Shown: positions 43,325 through 60,280 of the stretch, piece after piece
Layout of the letters: every line of letters begins with the position of its first letter
How positions within the stretch are numbered: position 1 is the first letter of the stretch
Assembly: GCA_040954595.2 (NCBI GenBank)
Contig: CM082577.2
Span: forward strand, 18,884,303 to 18,948,302
DNA: 64,000 nucleotides
Direction: 5' to 3'
Origin: Balanoglossus misakiensis
Lineage: Eukaryota > Animalia > Hemichordata
The notes under the pieces: model-generated
The model's database searches: none
What the model saw: only the letters and a program-made list of their open reading frames with translations
Told to the model about the DNA's origin: nothing
Made by a program: the position numbers and the translations under genes

Positions 43325-44569
43325 CCCTTTAAACCCCGCTCGGAGGTTTACCGCTGCAGGATGACCTTTTGACCCCTAATTTTTCAATATGCTGACGTCA
43401 AGGCATTTTCCCGCCGACATTGTAAATCCAGCCATATGAAAGCAAGTTAGAAAGCTAGGGGACCCTAATGTGACCTTCCAAATGACTTGAAATCGATTCC
43501 TATGCGAGCGACTACATAAAAAATAGTGATATCCAAGCAGCGATTTTTGGCGAAAGTTGACAGAGATTTAAAAATGGCGACCCGACGACAGTTACGCATT
43601 GATCCATTGCAAGACGAGGATGCTTTCTGGGCTCATTTTGCCCGAGTACTAGTAGATAGTAGCTCAGAAAGTGAAGATGAAGAACAAGACCAGCCTGACA
43701 TCGTTATGGACCAAGATGGTGACCCCAACCACGCGAACGATGAAGAAGAATTTGAGCCAGAGCCCGCGATCCAGCTACCCCCACCAGTTCGGCAACGAGT
43801 GAGAAGACTGCCCCGTGCCCGCGAAGTAAACCCACCACCTATGATATGGCAGGGCAACATAATAAACAGTAGGCAGGCTCCTATTTATAATCAACGACGT
43901 GGACCGACGAGACAAATGCCAGCTGACAGTACACCATTAGATTATTTTCGGACATAAAGTCATCGCCATCGTCGTGTCGTGTCACAATCATTATTTTGGA
44001 CATATGCTTACTGTGTGATGAAAGGTGAGAGCGCAGTCAAAAGGTCGGGCTGAATAATACAGAGACTCTGAAAATATTGTACCTTATTCTTATCAAACAC
44101 GTTGATGGATATTTTGACAATAGTGACATAAAAAATAGTGATATCCAAGCAGCGATTTTTGGCGAAAGTTGACAGAGATTTAAAAATGGCGACCCGACGA
44201 CAGTTATGCATTGATCCATTGCAAGACGAGGATGCTTTCTGGGCTCATTTTGCCCGAGTACTAGTAGATAGTAGCTCAGAAAGAGAAGATGAAGAACAAG
44301 ACCAGCCTGACATCGTTATGGACCAAGATGGTGACCCCAACCGGGCGAACGATGAAGAAGAATTTGAGCCAGAGCCCGCGATCCAGCCACCCCCACCAGT
44401 TCGGCAACGAGTGAGAAGACTGCCCCGTGCCCGCGAAGTAAACCCACCACCTATGATATGGCAGGGCAACATAATAAACGGTAGGCAGGCTCCTATTTAT
44501 AATCAACGACGTGGACCGACGAGACAAATGCCAGCTGACAGTACACCATTAGATTATTTTCGGACATAA
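43325..44569 (+). mobile_element. piggyBac-like left end with a 612-bp tandem duplication giving two truncated ORFs (ATG 43574 and 44186)
   Basis: ORFs are 612 bp apart, junction near 44127 at shared ACAT. Confidence 0.75.
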
Positions 44570-45350
44570 AGTCATCGTCATCGTCGTGTCGTGTCACAAT
44601 CATTATTTTGGACATATGCTTACTGTGTGATGAAAGGTGAGAGCGCAGTCAAAAGGTCGAGCTGAATAATACAGAGACTCTGAAAATATTGTACCTTATT
44701 CTTATCAAACACGTTGATGGATATTTTGACAATTGTGACATGTGAACATTTACAAAAAAATGAAATAAATTTGCTTCAAACTCATTGGCAAAACAAGGAC
44801 ATAGAATTGCTGTATATTTGTTATTATTGTGATATATAGGTGAGAAATATATTGGAAAATGTCTTCATTACAAAAATATGTCGTGAAATTATTGACTAGC
44901 AAGAACCATGTGTATATGTATGGCCAAGGGGAAATTTTTAACTTCTAGTTCTGAACATTAACGTTATTGCGCAGGCTACTGTAACCACATTCAAATAATA
45001 CATACAATTTTCTGTTGCACCAGTGCTTTGACCTTACAGTAATTAATTACTACTACACAGGTCAGGAACACTGAGAAGGCGGCCTTAAATTATGCATTTA
45101 CATTTGAGGATTTCTTGCCTATTTGTTATGATGTAACTTTCAATATTTCTTGTTGTAGTATGAAATTTTCAATGTCAAAAAGTGATCAGACAACACCTGT
45201 AGCTAAAAATCTATTTGGTATTGGTACATTTCGGATATATCTAAATTGTACCAACTTTAGTCTAGAAATATGTATACCTTAGGTAGCTTTTGTTTTCAAA
45301 CAAATGGTTCATTAGGTATACCTAAATTATGGTTCATTTGGTTCTTAGGT

Positions 45351-45499
45351 AAATGTAAATGCATAATTAAAGGCCGCCTTCTCAGTGTTCCTGACCTGTG
45401 TAGTAGTAATTAATTACTGTAAGGTCAAAGCACTGGTGCAACAGAAAATTGTATGTATTATTTGAATGTGGTTACAGTAGCCTGCGCAATAACGTTAAT
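45351..45499 (-). repeat. 149-bp inverted duplication of 44957-45105
   Basis: Reverse-complement match, spacer shortened by deletion. Confidence 0.92.
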
Positions 45500-46158
45500 A
45501 TATACCTTGTGTACCAGAATTTCGTAAGGGTGTTCCTACACACCACCCTATTGCTGCACACTTCCTGCACAGGCCACCCTATTGCTGCACAGTTCCTGCA
45601 CACAGGCCATCTTACTACTGCACAGTTCTTGCAGACTGTCCTATTCCTGCACAGTTACCGCTTGCCTTGTTCCTGCACTAGTGCAGCAACACCTCATTTG
45701 CATGCGAAAAAGTCGCCTTGCAGCAGAGCTGCAGCAACTTTCTATTGCACCGGTGCTGCAACCTTGTGGTATTCTACTGCACCAGTGCAGCAACACTGTG
45801 CAGGAGGCCTTAAATTTTCATAAGGGCTATAGGTATGCACATAATTAATGATGTTTGAATATGATACTAGAAATGTACAGTACACTGATACACTGATCAG
45901 CTGACCTTTTGTTTACGCATACGCCATTGCTCCGTTCTCGATCTGTCTCCGAGTCTGAATTTTTCGCACCTATAGATTTTAAAGATTTTTGAAGTCTGCA
46001 AATTCACTGGCATTGACAAAACTATAACATAATAAGTATAATGTACGCCCCATAATGTACTCGGCATTCGCCTCGCACATTAGGTTGCACAATGTGTGCT
46101 TTCGTCCATTATGGGTCTTCGGGGCGTACATTATTCTCTAACCAATGATCATTGCTCA

Positions 46159-46637
<479 letters not shown>

Positions 46638-46816
46638 CTGTTGAGGGTAAAGTAGAGAACACAAGTGATTTGGCTTACAGACTGACCAACACAGACGTGG
46701 ACAAGGGTGTTATGTCCATGAAAATCTACCTAAATATGTACATTCGCAATGGCAGAATTCATGAATGTTCCTGCAAACATCTTCAAAGAGCTACCTTGAC
46801 TACCCAGTGACATTAA

Positions 46817-47449
46817 CCCTTTGAACCCCGCTCGGAGGTTTACCGCCGCAGGATGACCTTTTGACCCCTAATTTTTCAATATGCTGACGTCAAGGCATTT
46901 TCCCGCCGACATTGTAAATCCAGCCATATGAAAGCAAGTTAGAAAGCTAGGGGACCCTAATGTGATCTTCCAAATGACTTGAAATTGATTCCTATGCGAG
47001 CGACTACATAAAAAATAGTGATATCCAAGCAGCGATTTTTAGCGAAAGTTGACAGAGATTTAAAAATGGCGACCCGACGACAGTTACGCATTGATCCATT
47101 GCAAGACGAGGATGCTTTCTGGGCTCATTTTGACCGAGTACTAGTAGATAGTAGCTCAGAAAGTGAAGATGAAGAACAAGACCAGCCTGACATCGTTATG
47201 GACCAAGATGGTGACCCCAACCGCGCGAACGATGAAGAAGAATTTGAGCCAGAGCCCGCGATCCAGCCACCCCCACCAGTTCGGCAACGAGTGAGAAGAC
47301 TGCCCCGTGCCCGCGAAGTAAACCCACCACCTATGATATGGCAGGGCAACATAATAAACGGTAGGCAGGCTCCTATTTATAATCAACGACGTGGACCGAC
47401 GAGACAAATGCCAGCTGACAGTACACCATTAGATTATTTTCGGACATAA
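46817..47449 (+). mobile_element. piggyBac-like left end plus truncated ORF (ATG 47066)
   Basis: Copy of 17101-17736. Confidence 0.72.
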
Positions 47450-48273
47450 AGTCATCGTCATCGTCGTGTCGTGTCACAATCATTATTTTGGACATATGCT
47501 TACTGTGTGATGAAAGGTGAGAGCGCAGTCAAAAGGTCGGGCTGAATAATACAGAGACTCTGAAAATATTGTACCTTATTCTTATCAAACACGTTGATGG
47601 ATATTTTGACAATTGTGACATGTGAACATTTACAAAAAAATGAAATAAATTTGCTTCAAACTCATTGGCAAAACAAGGACATGGAGTTGCTGTATATTTG
47701 TTATTATTGTGATATATAGGTGAGAAATATATTGGAAAATGTCTTCATTACAAAAATATGTCGTGAAATTATTGACTAGCAAGAACCATGTGTATATGTA
47801 TGGCCAAGGGGAAATTTTTAACTTCTAGTTCTGAACATTAAAGTTATTGCGCAGGCTACTGTAACCACATTCAAATAATACATACAATTTTCTGTTACAC
47901 CAGTGCTTTGACCTTACAGTAATTAATTACTACTACACAGGTCAGGAACACTGAGAAGGCGGCCTTAAATTATGCATTTGGAATTGGTACATTTCAAATA
48001 TATCTAAATTGTACCAATTTTAGTCAAGAAATATGTATACCTTAGGTAGCTTTTGTTTTCAAACAAATGGTTCATTAGGTATACCTAAATTATGGTTCAT
48101 TTGGTATACCTATTTATGGCAAAACGACCAAATCCAAGATTTTTTTTCCAACCTATTGAGGCATTTCAGGAATACCTAAATAGTACCTTTTCAATCGAAA
48201 AAGTATACTTTTGGTATACCAATTAGTAAATTTAAAGACCAAATCTGGACTACCTAAGGTAGCCCTTTTTTAA

Positions 48274-49068
48274 GATGGGTCCCCGGGATCTTTTTGCCCG
48301 TTGCTATGGGCCTTTATAGGACACTACACTCAATTTTGATCGAAACCGTTATGAACGTCCGACAAGGGGCTTGTAACTAGTTAAAAATACACACGATTGT
48401 GTGCACACCCCCTGTCCGAGTATGTTTACGGCAGCTACCGCCCGGCCATAGGCCGCCATGCTAATACGGCAAAGCAGCGGTCAGCGATAGCGTGCGCGTC
48501 CTGTAACCACAGTAACTGGATCGAACGCTAAAAATCCAATGTTTTGTACACAGAGATTTTGTACCGTTCACGAAAATCCCTAAGGCTTTTTTCATAGGCC
48601 ACGTACGCCAGTCAAATTTGACCTGCTTGTTGAGAACACACTTCCGCACTGTGTGACAGATCGTTTTTTCGATTTTCGTCGTGCTAAGAAGCGATACCGG
48701 TGGAAGAGTGCGTCCAAAAACACCCAAAATCGATGACTTTTTCTGGTGTGGTACGGGTATGCTGAAATCGTAGGATACAACGATAATATTCGAAAACAAA
48801 ATCCGTCACGATCTTCCCTGGTTCAAGCAACTAATGAATACGTATCAAGTTCGTTTTTGAGGTCACGGAATAAAAAGCCTTAGGCTTTTGAAATTTGACC
48901 TAGCTAATTTGCATATCAATGGCGTCAGGGGGCGCGCGCTCACAATCGTGCAGATTTTCAACTAGTTACCAGCCCGTTGTTAGACTCTGAAAACGGCTTA
49001 GTCCAAATCGGGGTGTAATGTCCTGCAAAGGCCCATAGCAACGGGCAAAAAGATCCCGGGGACCCATC
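48274..49068. mobile_element. TTAA TIR element, duplicate of insertion 2
   Basis: Same site and orientation as 25829-26623. Confidence 0.9.
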
Positions 49069-49798
49069 TTAAAGCAATAGGTACATTTTAAGTATACCTA
49101 AATAGTACCTATTTAGTCCGGGAAAGTATACCTTAGGTATATTTCTAGTGTACTTGAATTTCGTAAGGGTGTTCCTGCACACCACCCTATTGCTGCACAA
49201 TTCCTGCACAGGCTACCCTATTGCTGCACAGTTCCTGCACACAGGCCATCTTACTACTGCACAGTTCTTGCAGACTGTCCTATTCCTGCACAGTTACCGC
49301 TTGCCTTGTTCCTGCACTAGTGCAGCAACACCTCATTTGCATGCGAAAAAGTCGCCTTGCAGCAGAGCTGCAGCAACTTTCTATTGCACCGGTGCTGCAA
49401 CCTTGTGGTATTGCTACTGCACCAGTGCAGCAACACTGTGCAGGAGGCCTTAAATTTTCATAAGGGCTATAGGTATGCACATAATTAATGATGTTTGAAT
49501 ATGATACTAGAAATGTACAGTACACTGATACACTGATCAGCTGACCTTTTGTTTACGCATACGCCATTGCTCCGTTCTCGATCTGTCTCCGAGTCTGAAT
49601 TTTTCGCACCTATAGATTTTAAAGATTTTTGAAGTCTGCAAATTCACTGGCATTGACAAAACTATAACATAATAAGTATAATGTACGCCCCATAATGTAC
49701 TCGGCATTCGCCTCGCACATTATGTTGCACAATGTGTGCTTTCGTCCATTATGGGTCTTCGGGGCGTACATTATTCTCTAACCAATGATCATTGCTCA

Positions 49799-49957
<159 letters not shown>

Positions 49958-50114
49958 CTTAAAATACCATGGAATCATAGAACAATGAACTCACTGTGTT
50001 GTAATGTCCATTTTCTCTTTTGGTGTTTTTTTTATCAAAGTGTCACACACCCCAGCATGCAAGAAATTTCTCAATATATATACTGCTATCGCAGCAAAAC
50101 ATACCACTACTTTT

Positions 50115-50245
50115 AATATCCACCACCTGAGACACCTCTCTCTGTGCGTTTTTGGCTTCGGAAACGAAGCAAAAAATATACTCGATGTTGGGTCAAGGTA
50201 CCTTTCATCCGATTTACACGTCCCCCAGGCGCATCTCTTCACTAT
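50115..50245 (-). pseudogene. THAP fragment, copy 3
   Basis: Copy of 27669-27799. Confidence 0.72.
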
Positions 50246-50445
50246 TCTGGCCGATATTTTAAAACCATTAAGTTCCTAAAACTGAAAAAAAACTTCCAGT
50301 CTGTCTATCTCTAACTGAGCGTGTACTGTAGGCTGGGCCATGTTGTTGATTATATGTGGGACAAAATGGCGGTTGTATGAACAGCATGACTTTTCTCGGC
50401 TCTGATTGGCTGAGGGTTCAGTGTGATTGACAGCTGTGGAACCAT

Positions 50446-53400
50446 GAATTGTAAGGGAGCCTTGTGCCTTTTACCAGGCACCCGCTTGCGTGAACACACC
50501 TCACATGAATGCACCCACGATCTGACATTTACGGACATGCCATGCCAGTAATACCTCTGCCTCACCTTGTCAAGTGTTTTTGTCATCCCTAAGTGACCAC
50601 CTGCGTTTGCATCATGCAACCCTCCAATCACCACATTATGACACACTTTAGGCAGAATTAATTGCCATTTCACTAAAGTCCCATCAGCCGACTCCCATCT
50701 CCTGAACAGCACACCCCTGTAGACTATCAATTGTTCATACATAGCCCAGTATGCCTTCGTGGCTGCCGAACACGGAGAGATCTCATTCCAGTCTAGTCGA
50801 CTTTCCCTCCCCTCCCTAGCCTTCAAGACAACTGAAATATCAGGATCACTAAGTTGACAATCTCTAAGCTTTTCACTGGACCAAACGACTTCCCTGGCAA
50901 CAACCTCTGCCTTTGTTGCCAAGGCATTCTCCCCAATGCCCTCCGCGGTTGGCCAGTCCTGCTCATCACAGCTGCCAGGATCAAAATTTTCCCAATCACC
51001 TGGACAGCTGTCCTTGTTGTCATAGCCGTATCAAACAATCTGCAACCCTCTACTTTGGCATTTTTGTCCTGAGAACTGTCATCTAGTCTATCGGTCCCTC
51101 CACACTCTGGTAGTTCACGGTACAACTGTTCGGACCGTACAACACTATTTTGTCTCATCGATGGAGATTTGCATTCAAACTCTGGTGCAAGTGGATTCAA
51201 CGCACCTGTACCATTAGTGGTGGTTGGTTCGTGTGCCATACCACACTGTTTGCACTCACGCACTGGTTTCCGAGATAGCGCATCAGCATTTCCATGGCGT
51301 ACACCGGGACGATGGATACAGGTATAGTCAAAGCGACCGAGCGTCTCTAACCACCTAGCCAACTGCCCCTCTGGGTTCTTGAAATTAAGCAACCACACTA
51401 ATGCAGCATGGTCAGTCCTCAGTGTGAATTTCTGGCCCAGTAAGTAGTGTTTGAAGTATTTTGTGTACTCGATTACAGCCAACAGTTCACGACGCGTTAC
51501 ACAGTACTTCCTTTCAGCACCCGATAGCACTCGGCCCGCATAACTAACAGGTCTCTCTGGGCCACCCTGTACTTGGCTCAACACTGCCCCTATGCCAATA
51601 CCGCTAGCATCTGTATCCAGTATGAACACACCCTTTTCCATCGGAAAAGCCAAAACTGGTGCCGATGTTAGTCTTGCCTTGAGCTGATCAAATGCGTTTT
51701 GACAATTCTCTGTCCAAGCAAATACAGAATCTTTCTTTGTTAAGTCATGAAGAGGACGGGCCAATTCAGCAAACCCCTGTACAAAGCGTCTGTAGTATGA
51801 CGCCAGCCCCAAGAAGCTTCTTACTTCTGTGACTGTCTCAGGAATCGGCCAGTCTCTAATAGCCTTGACCTTTCCTGGATCAGTAGCAACCCCTTCCCGA
51901 GAAACACGATGCCCCAAAAACTCAACACTGCGTGCAAAAAGCACACACTTACTCGGCTTCTTACTTCTGTGACAGTCTCAGGAATCGGCCAGTCTCTAAT
52001 AGCCTTGACCTTTCCTGGATCAGTAGCAACCCCTTCCCGAGAAACACGATGCCCCAAAAACTCAACACTGCGTGCAAAAGGCACACACTTACTCGGCTTT
52101 AATTTGAGATTTGAAGTACGAAGACGTTCAAATACCTTGCACAACCTTTCCAACTCTTCATCAAATGATCTGCCAAATATTATGATGTCATCTAGATACA
52201 AAAGCGGTATTTCCCACTGCATACCGGTAAAGACGCGCTCCATCAGACGTTCAAATGTACTAGGGGCATTACACAACCCAAACGGGAGCACCCTCCACTG
52301 ATAGAGTCCACTGCGCGTGACAAATGCGTTCTTTACTTTAGATCCCTCGTCCAGTTCTACCTGCCAATACCCTGCTTGGAGGTCTAGCGTAGAAAACCAT
52401 TCCGACCCGTACAACGCATCTAAAGAATCGTTTATTCGTGGTATAGGGTAGGCATCTTTAATTGACACAGCGTTCAATTTTCTATAATCAACGCACAATC
52501 TTTGTGACCCATCTTTCTTACTATTAAGTAAACACGGGGCTGCCCATGGACTAGTTGATTCTTCTATCAAACCCCGCTGTAACAAGTCAGAAACCTGTCG
52601 TTCTATTTCTTCCCGTTTCCATACCGGAGTTCGATATGCGGGTTGCCTTACTGGCGTGGCATTATTGGTTTCAATTTTATGCCGAATGATCCCAGTTTTA
52701 CCAATATCATGATCTCCCTGACTAAACACATCATGGTACAGTGTCAACATCTTTGAAACCCTTTCTTGTTGGTAAACTGATCAATTTTTGCAACTTCTTG
52801 TGTATAAATCCACTACATGACCTGGAAGAGGAACATTGCTCCCAGGGCAGGCTTTTGCCTCTTCAGTGCCAGAGGGCGCTCTATCACTGTCAGTACCCCA
52901 AGATTCAACTGCACACTGATCGGCTCGGAGTAACTCACAACAGTACCAGCCCTCACATGTACAGGTTCAAAAGTAGCATAGAGAACTCTAACTGGTAAAT
53001 GGGTAGATCTCGTGGTCACTAAAGCTTTACATGTCATAATGCCTTGCTCCAGCAATTTACCCCCTTGTACTGGTAACACAACCGCTGTAAGACAAGTATC
53101 CGGGGAAGACTTATCTGTTCTCCCCACCCAGGTCGAATGAATTCTCATTCCCTGTGCACACCCACTTCCAACCTTTGCTGGTCCCGCAAACCAAGGTTCA
53201 CTGGCGATGGGAGTCTTACACATTTTAGCCGGAATAATCATTTCATGTCCAGGGGGAACAAAAACGTCTCCCGCTACCTTTACACGACAAATGAACGGTT
53301 TCATTGTACCAGTGTTACTACATTTCAACCGTTCCCCTTTAATGACTAGCTCCCCTGTCCCTGTATCAATAATACACCCAATTGAATGTAGAAAGCTCAT

Positions 53401-55482
53401 ACCAATAATGCCATCAGAGCATAGTTCAGCTACTAATACCGGAGAGATAGCCCTAGCCCCACCCAAGCAGATATCTAGGTTAACAACTCCACTAACCATA
53501 AGTGGTGTACCATCAGCTTGGTTCACCTTTACATTTATTGGTTGCAATGCACCGTGAACTCCCACTGAAATTTTCCTATACATTTCTTCTGATATCACCA
53601 TATCAGTTGCTCCTGTATCAACCAGAAAATTCCCCGATACACCACCGGCAGAGGCCTGTATGTACATACTTCTGACACTTGTATTGTTATTAGCCGGTTG
53701 AATTTCCCTAATATTTCCAGTAGTCTGCACACACTGATCAACTGCCTCCCCTTTGGGTCCATACTGGTTGGCTGAGGGTTGACCCGACTTCCGCTCAGCC
53801 CCTAATCGTTTCCCGAAACCTTGGGTCGGGTGGGACAGTCCCGCTTCAGATGCCCTGATTCATTACAGTGCCAACACAAACGGCCACCAGAGGGCGCACC
53901 ACTCTGAGCTTGTCCAGATGGGTTTTTTATACTAGTGTTGACAACACGGGCCTTAACCTTTTGGTCAAGTTCAGCTAATTTGTCGGTGATCAAATCAACT
54001 TTGTTTGCTATCACCCCTATCACTGACTCCAGAGTCTGAGCCATTTTTGCGTCACCCGCTTCAATACCTCTCACTTGTTTACCCAACCCTTTATTGGTTT
54101 CAGGGCCACGGCTTTTCTCTAATAACTGAAAATTCTCTTCCCAAACTGTAGCCTGTATAACGTCGTCAAGTGTGGCACTGGGGGTCCTACCCGCTTCATT
54201 AACACGCCTACGCATAGCAGAATCAGTCAATGAATTGAAAAATGCGTCTATACATAGCCGTTCGAATATGTGACCTTTGGCATCAGGGTACCCAAGTGTT
54301 ACCATTTCCCTGATATCCTGTCCAAGCCCACTTAGAGACTCGCTGGGCTTGAGTACTCTTTGTCTTAATTTTAAACGATAGGTGTCTTCCTGTCTCCCAA
54401 AACCAAATCTATGATCTAGTAGTTTGCACAGTTTCTGGTATGTCAATGACTTTCTGTCAATTGATGTTAACAGCCGCTGGGCTGCCCCATACAACATGGC
54501 TTGGAGATACTTCAACTTTTCAACCTCTCTCCACTCATTTATTTCCGCATAAATTTCAAAGTGTGCGAAATAATCATGCCATGCAAGCGATCCATCATAC
54601 TTATCAGGCTTAAGTATGGACCCGTGTTTACCTGTACATGATTTGCTATAGATCCTTCACTACGCACGGCGATATACCGCAGTGCAAAATCGGTCAGTCA
54701 ATAGTTAAATCACTTCACTGGAGAACACACAATTTCCATCCTCCTGAACCAAATACCTAGAAAACCCTAGCTAAACCTTGGAATCGAATTTCCTAACAGA
54801 CTATCGTTGTTTCCCGTTCCGGCAGATAATTGTTTTGCTACCGTGTAGAGCGGGTAGATGAATCCACCCACATAAGGAGTATGCCCCCGGCCCTACGCGG
54901 TTTGTGCAACGTGCCGGATCGAACAACAACGACGTCTACCCAGTATGCAAGATGGCTACAATATGGTGCCAAAACGCATACACTCGCCTACACTAACAGA
55001 GTTACTTACAGCAGATCTGGAAACCGATGCGTTCACCATGCAGTACAACTATCCCAACCGCTGCACACCAATGTTGTAGTTTTCTCAGCGTAGCTAGATT
55101 TCTCGTCGTGGACCCGGTAATGGTAGCGTGGCCCACGATGAAATCCTCCCGTACACTTCGACTGGACTACCAACCACCTCGACAGGGTCGGATCGCTTGG
55201 AATAGTTGTCAGTGAACACCCTCTCACATGTACATTGACTCAGCGCAACACAAGCCGGAACAATTAACAAGAACAACGGATTTATGTGTATTTCGACTGT
55301 GTTACAAACTTTCACGTCTGCCCAGTTCGGAGGTGGAAACCCAAGAGAGCGAGAATGAGGTGAATCCTCAGCAAAAGTAGCCCGCCCCAACTATTACCCA
55401 ATCAGCACGAATGTGAAGTTCACAGTTCCAGCCTGCTTCCTGAGGCTCAAGCAGCGGTAACTTTGCAAGGTTTTCCATGACA
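50446..55482 (-). mobile_element. Gypsy A copy 4 (LTR 55072-55482) with a 140-bp tandem duplication in pol
   Basis: Same junctions. 51821-51960 is repeated from 51961. 22-bp deletion in the LTR. Confidence 0.95.
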
Positions 55483-56747
55483 TTATTGTGATATATAGGT
55501 GAGAAATATATTGGAAAATGTCTTCATTACAAAAATATGTCGTGAAATTATTGACTAGCAAGAACCATGTGTATATGTATGGCCAAGGGGAAATTTTTAA
55601 CTTCTAGTTCTGAACATTAACGTTATTGCGCAGGCTACTGTAACCACAGTCAAATAATACATACAATTTTCTGTTGCACCAGTGCTTTGACCTTACAGTA
55701 ATTAATTACTACTACACAGGTCAGGAACACTGAGAAGGCGGCCTTAAATTATGCATTTGGTATTGGTACATTTCGGATATATCTAAATTGTACCAATTTT
55801 AGTCTAGAAATATGTATACCTTAGGTAGCTTTTGTTTTCAAACAAATGGTTCATTAGGTATACCTAAATTATGGTTCATTTGGTATACCTATTTATGGCA
55901 AAACGACCAAATCCAAGATTTTTTTTCCAACCGAATGAGGCATTTCAGGAATACCTAAATAGTACCTTTTCAATCGAAAAAGTATACTTTTGGAATACCA
56001 ATTGGTAAATTTAAAGACCAAATCTGGACTACCTAAGGTAGCCTTTTTTAAAGCAATAGGTACATTTTAAGTATACCTAAATAGTACCTATTTAGTCCGG
56101 GAAAGTATACCTAAGGTATATTTCTAGTGTACCAGAATTTCGTAAGGGTGTTCCTGCACACCACCCTATTGCTGCACAGTTCCTGCACAGGCCACCCTAT
56201 TGCTGCACAGTTCCTGCACACAGGCCATCTTACTACTGCACAGTTCTTGCAGACTGTCCTATTCCTGCACAGTTACCGCTTGGCTTGTTCCTGCACTAGT
56301 GCAGCAACACCTCATTTGCATGTGAAAAAGTCGCCTTGCAGCAGAGCTGCAGCAACTTTCTATTGCACCGGTGCTGCAACCGTGTGGTATTGCTACTGCA
56401 CCAGTGCAGCAACACTGTGCAGGAGGCCTTAAATTTTCATAAGGGCTATAGGTATGCACATAATTAATGATGTTTGAATATGATACTAGAAATGTACAGT
56501 ACACTGATACACTGATCAGCTGACCTTTTGTTTACGCATACGCCATTGCTCCGTTCTCGATCTGTCTCCGAGTCTGAATTTTTCGCACCTATAGATTTTA
56601 AAGATTTTTGAAGTCTGCAAATTCACTGGCATTGACAAAACTATAACATAATAAGTATAATGTACGCCCCATAATGTACTGGGCATTCGCCTCGCACATT
56701 ATGTTGCACAATGTGTGCTTTTGTCCATTATGGGTCTTCATTGCTCA

Positions 56748-57185
<438 letters not shown>

Positions 57186-57364
57186 CTGTTGAGGGTAAAG
57201 TAGAGAACACAAGTGATTTGGCTTACAGACTGACCAACACAGACGTGGACAAGGGTGTTATGTCCATGAAAATCTACATAAATATGTACATTCGCAATGG
57301 CAGAATTCATGAATGTTCCTGCAAACATCTTCAAAGAGCTACCTTGACTACCCAGTGACATTAA

Positions 57365-57997
57365 CCCTTTGAACCCCGCTCGGAGGTTTACCGCCGCAGG
57401 ATGACCTTTTGACCCCTAATTTTTCAATATGCTGACGTCAAGGCATTTTCCCGCCGACATTGTAAATCCAGCCATATGAAAGCAAGTTAGAAAGCTAGGG
57501 GACCCTAATGTGACCTTCCAAATGACTTGAAATCGATTCCTATGCGAGCGACTACATAAAAAATAGTGATATCCAAGCAGCGATTTTTAGCGAAAGTTGA
57601 CAGAGATTTAAAAATGGCGACCCGACGACAGTTACGCATTGATCCATTGCAAGACGAGGATGCTTTCTGGGCTCATTTTGACCGAGTACTAGTAGATAGT
57701 AGCTCAGAAAGTGAAGATGAAGAACAAGACCAGCCTGACATCGTTATGGACCAAGATGGTGACCCCAACCGCGCGAACGATGAAGAAGAATTTGAGCCAG
57801 AGCCCGCGATCCAGCCACCCCCACCAGTTCGGCAACGAGTGAGAAGACTGCCCCGTGCCCGCGAAGTAAACCCACCACCTATGATATGGCAGGGCAACAT
57901 AATAAACGGTAGGCAGGCTCCTATTTATAATCAACGACGTGGACCGACGAGACAAATGCCAGTTGACAGTACACCATTAGATTATTTTCGGACATAA
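57365..57997 (+). mobile_element. piggyBac-like left end plus truncated ORF (ATG 57614)
   Basis: Copy of 17101-17736. Confidence 0.72.
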
Positions 57998-59004
57998 AGT
58001 CATCGTCATCGTCGTGTCGTGTCACAATCATTATTTTGGACATATGCTTACTGTGTGATGAAAGGTGAGAGCGCAGTCAAAAGGTCGGGCTGAATAATAC
58101 AGAGACTCTGAAAATATTGTACCTTATTCTTATCAAACACGTTGATGGATATTTTGACAATTGTGACATGTGAACATTTACAAAAAAATGAAATAAATTT
58201 GCTTCAAACTCATTGGCAAAACAAGGACATGGAGTTGCTGTATATTTGTTATTATTGTGATATATAGGTGAGAAATATATTGGAAAATGTCTTCATTACA
58301 AAAATATGTCGTGAAATTATTGACTAGCAAGAACCATGTGTATATGTATGGCCAAGGGGAAATTTTTAACTTCTAGTTCTGAACATTAACGTTATTGCGC
58401 AGGCTACTGTAACCACATTCAAATAATACATACAATTTTCTGTTGCACCAGTGCTTTGACCTTACAGTAATTAATTACTACTACACAGGTCACGAACACT
58501 GAGAAGGTGGCCTTAAATTATGCATTTACATTTGAGGATTTTTTGCCTATTTATTATGATGTAACTTTCAATATTTCTTGTTGTAGTATGAAATTTTCAA
58601 TGTCAAAAAGTGATCAGACAACACCTGTAGCTAAAAATCTATTTGGTATTGGTACATTTCGGATATATCTAAATTGTACCAATTTTAGTCTAGAAATATG
58701 TATACCTTAGGTAGCTTTTGTTTTCAAACAAATGGTTCATTAGGTATACCTAAATTATGGTTCATTTGGTATACCTATTTATGGCAAAACGACCAAATCC
58801 AAGATTTTTTTTCCATCCGAATGAGGCATTTCAGGAATACCTAAATAGTACCTTTTCAATCGAAAAAGTATACTTTTGGTATACCAATTAGTAAATTTAC
58901 AGAATAAATCTGGACTACCTAAGGTAGCCCTTTTTTAAAGCAATAGGTACATTTTAAGTATACCTAAATAGTACCTATTTAGTCCGGGAAAGTATACCTT
59001 AGGT

Positions 59005-59153
59005 AAATGTAAATGCATAATTTAAGGCCGCCTTCTCAGTGTTCCTGACCTGTGTAGTAGTAATTAATTACTGTAAGATCAAAGCACTGGTGCAACAGAA
59101 AATTGTATGTATTATTTGAATGTGGTTACAGTAACCTTCCCAATAACGTTAAT
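59005..59153 (-). repeat. 149-bp inverted duplication of 58385-58533
   Basis: Reverse-complement match. Confidence 0.92.
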
Positions 59154-59800
59154 ATATACCTAGTGTACCAGAATTTCGTAAGGGTGTTCCTACACACCAC
59201 CCTATTGCTGCACAGTTCCTGCACAGGCCACCCTATTGCTGCACAGTTCCTGCACACAGGCCATCTTACTACTGCACAGTTCTTGCAGACTGTCCTATTC
59301 CTGCACAGTTACCGCTTGCCTTGTTCCTGCACTAGTGCAGCAACACCTCATTTGCATGCGAAAAAGTCGCCTTGCAGCAGAGCTGCAGCAACTTTCTATT
59401 GCACCGGTGCTGCAACCTTGTGGTATTGCTACTGCACCAGTGCAGCAACACTGTGCAGGAGGCCTTAAATTTTCATAAGGGCTATAGGTATGCACATAAT
59501 TAATGATGTTTGAATATGATACTAGAAATGTACAGTACACTGATACGCTGATCAGCTGACCTTTTGTTTACGCATACGCCATTGCTCCGTTCTCGATCTG
59601 TCTCCGAGTCTGAATTTTTCGCACCTATAGATTTTAAAGATTTTTGAAGTCTGCAAATTCACTAGCATTGACAAAACTATAACATAATAAGTATAATGTA
59701 CGCCCCATAATGTACTCGGCATTATGTTGCACAATGTGTGCTTTCGTCCATTATGGGTCTTCGGGGCGTACATTATTCTCTAACCAATGATCATTGCTCA

Positions 59801-60280
<480 letters not shown>

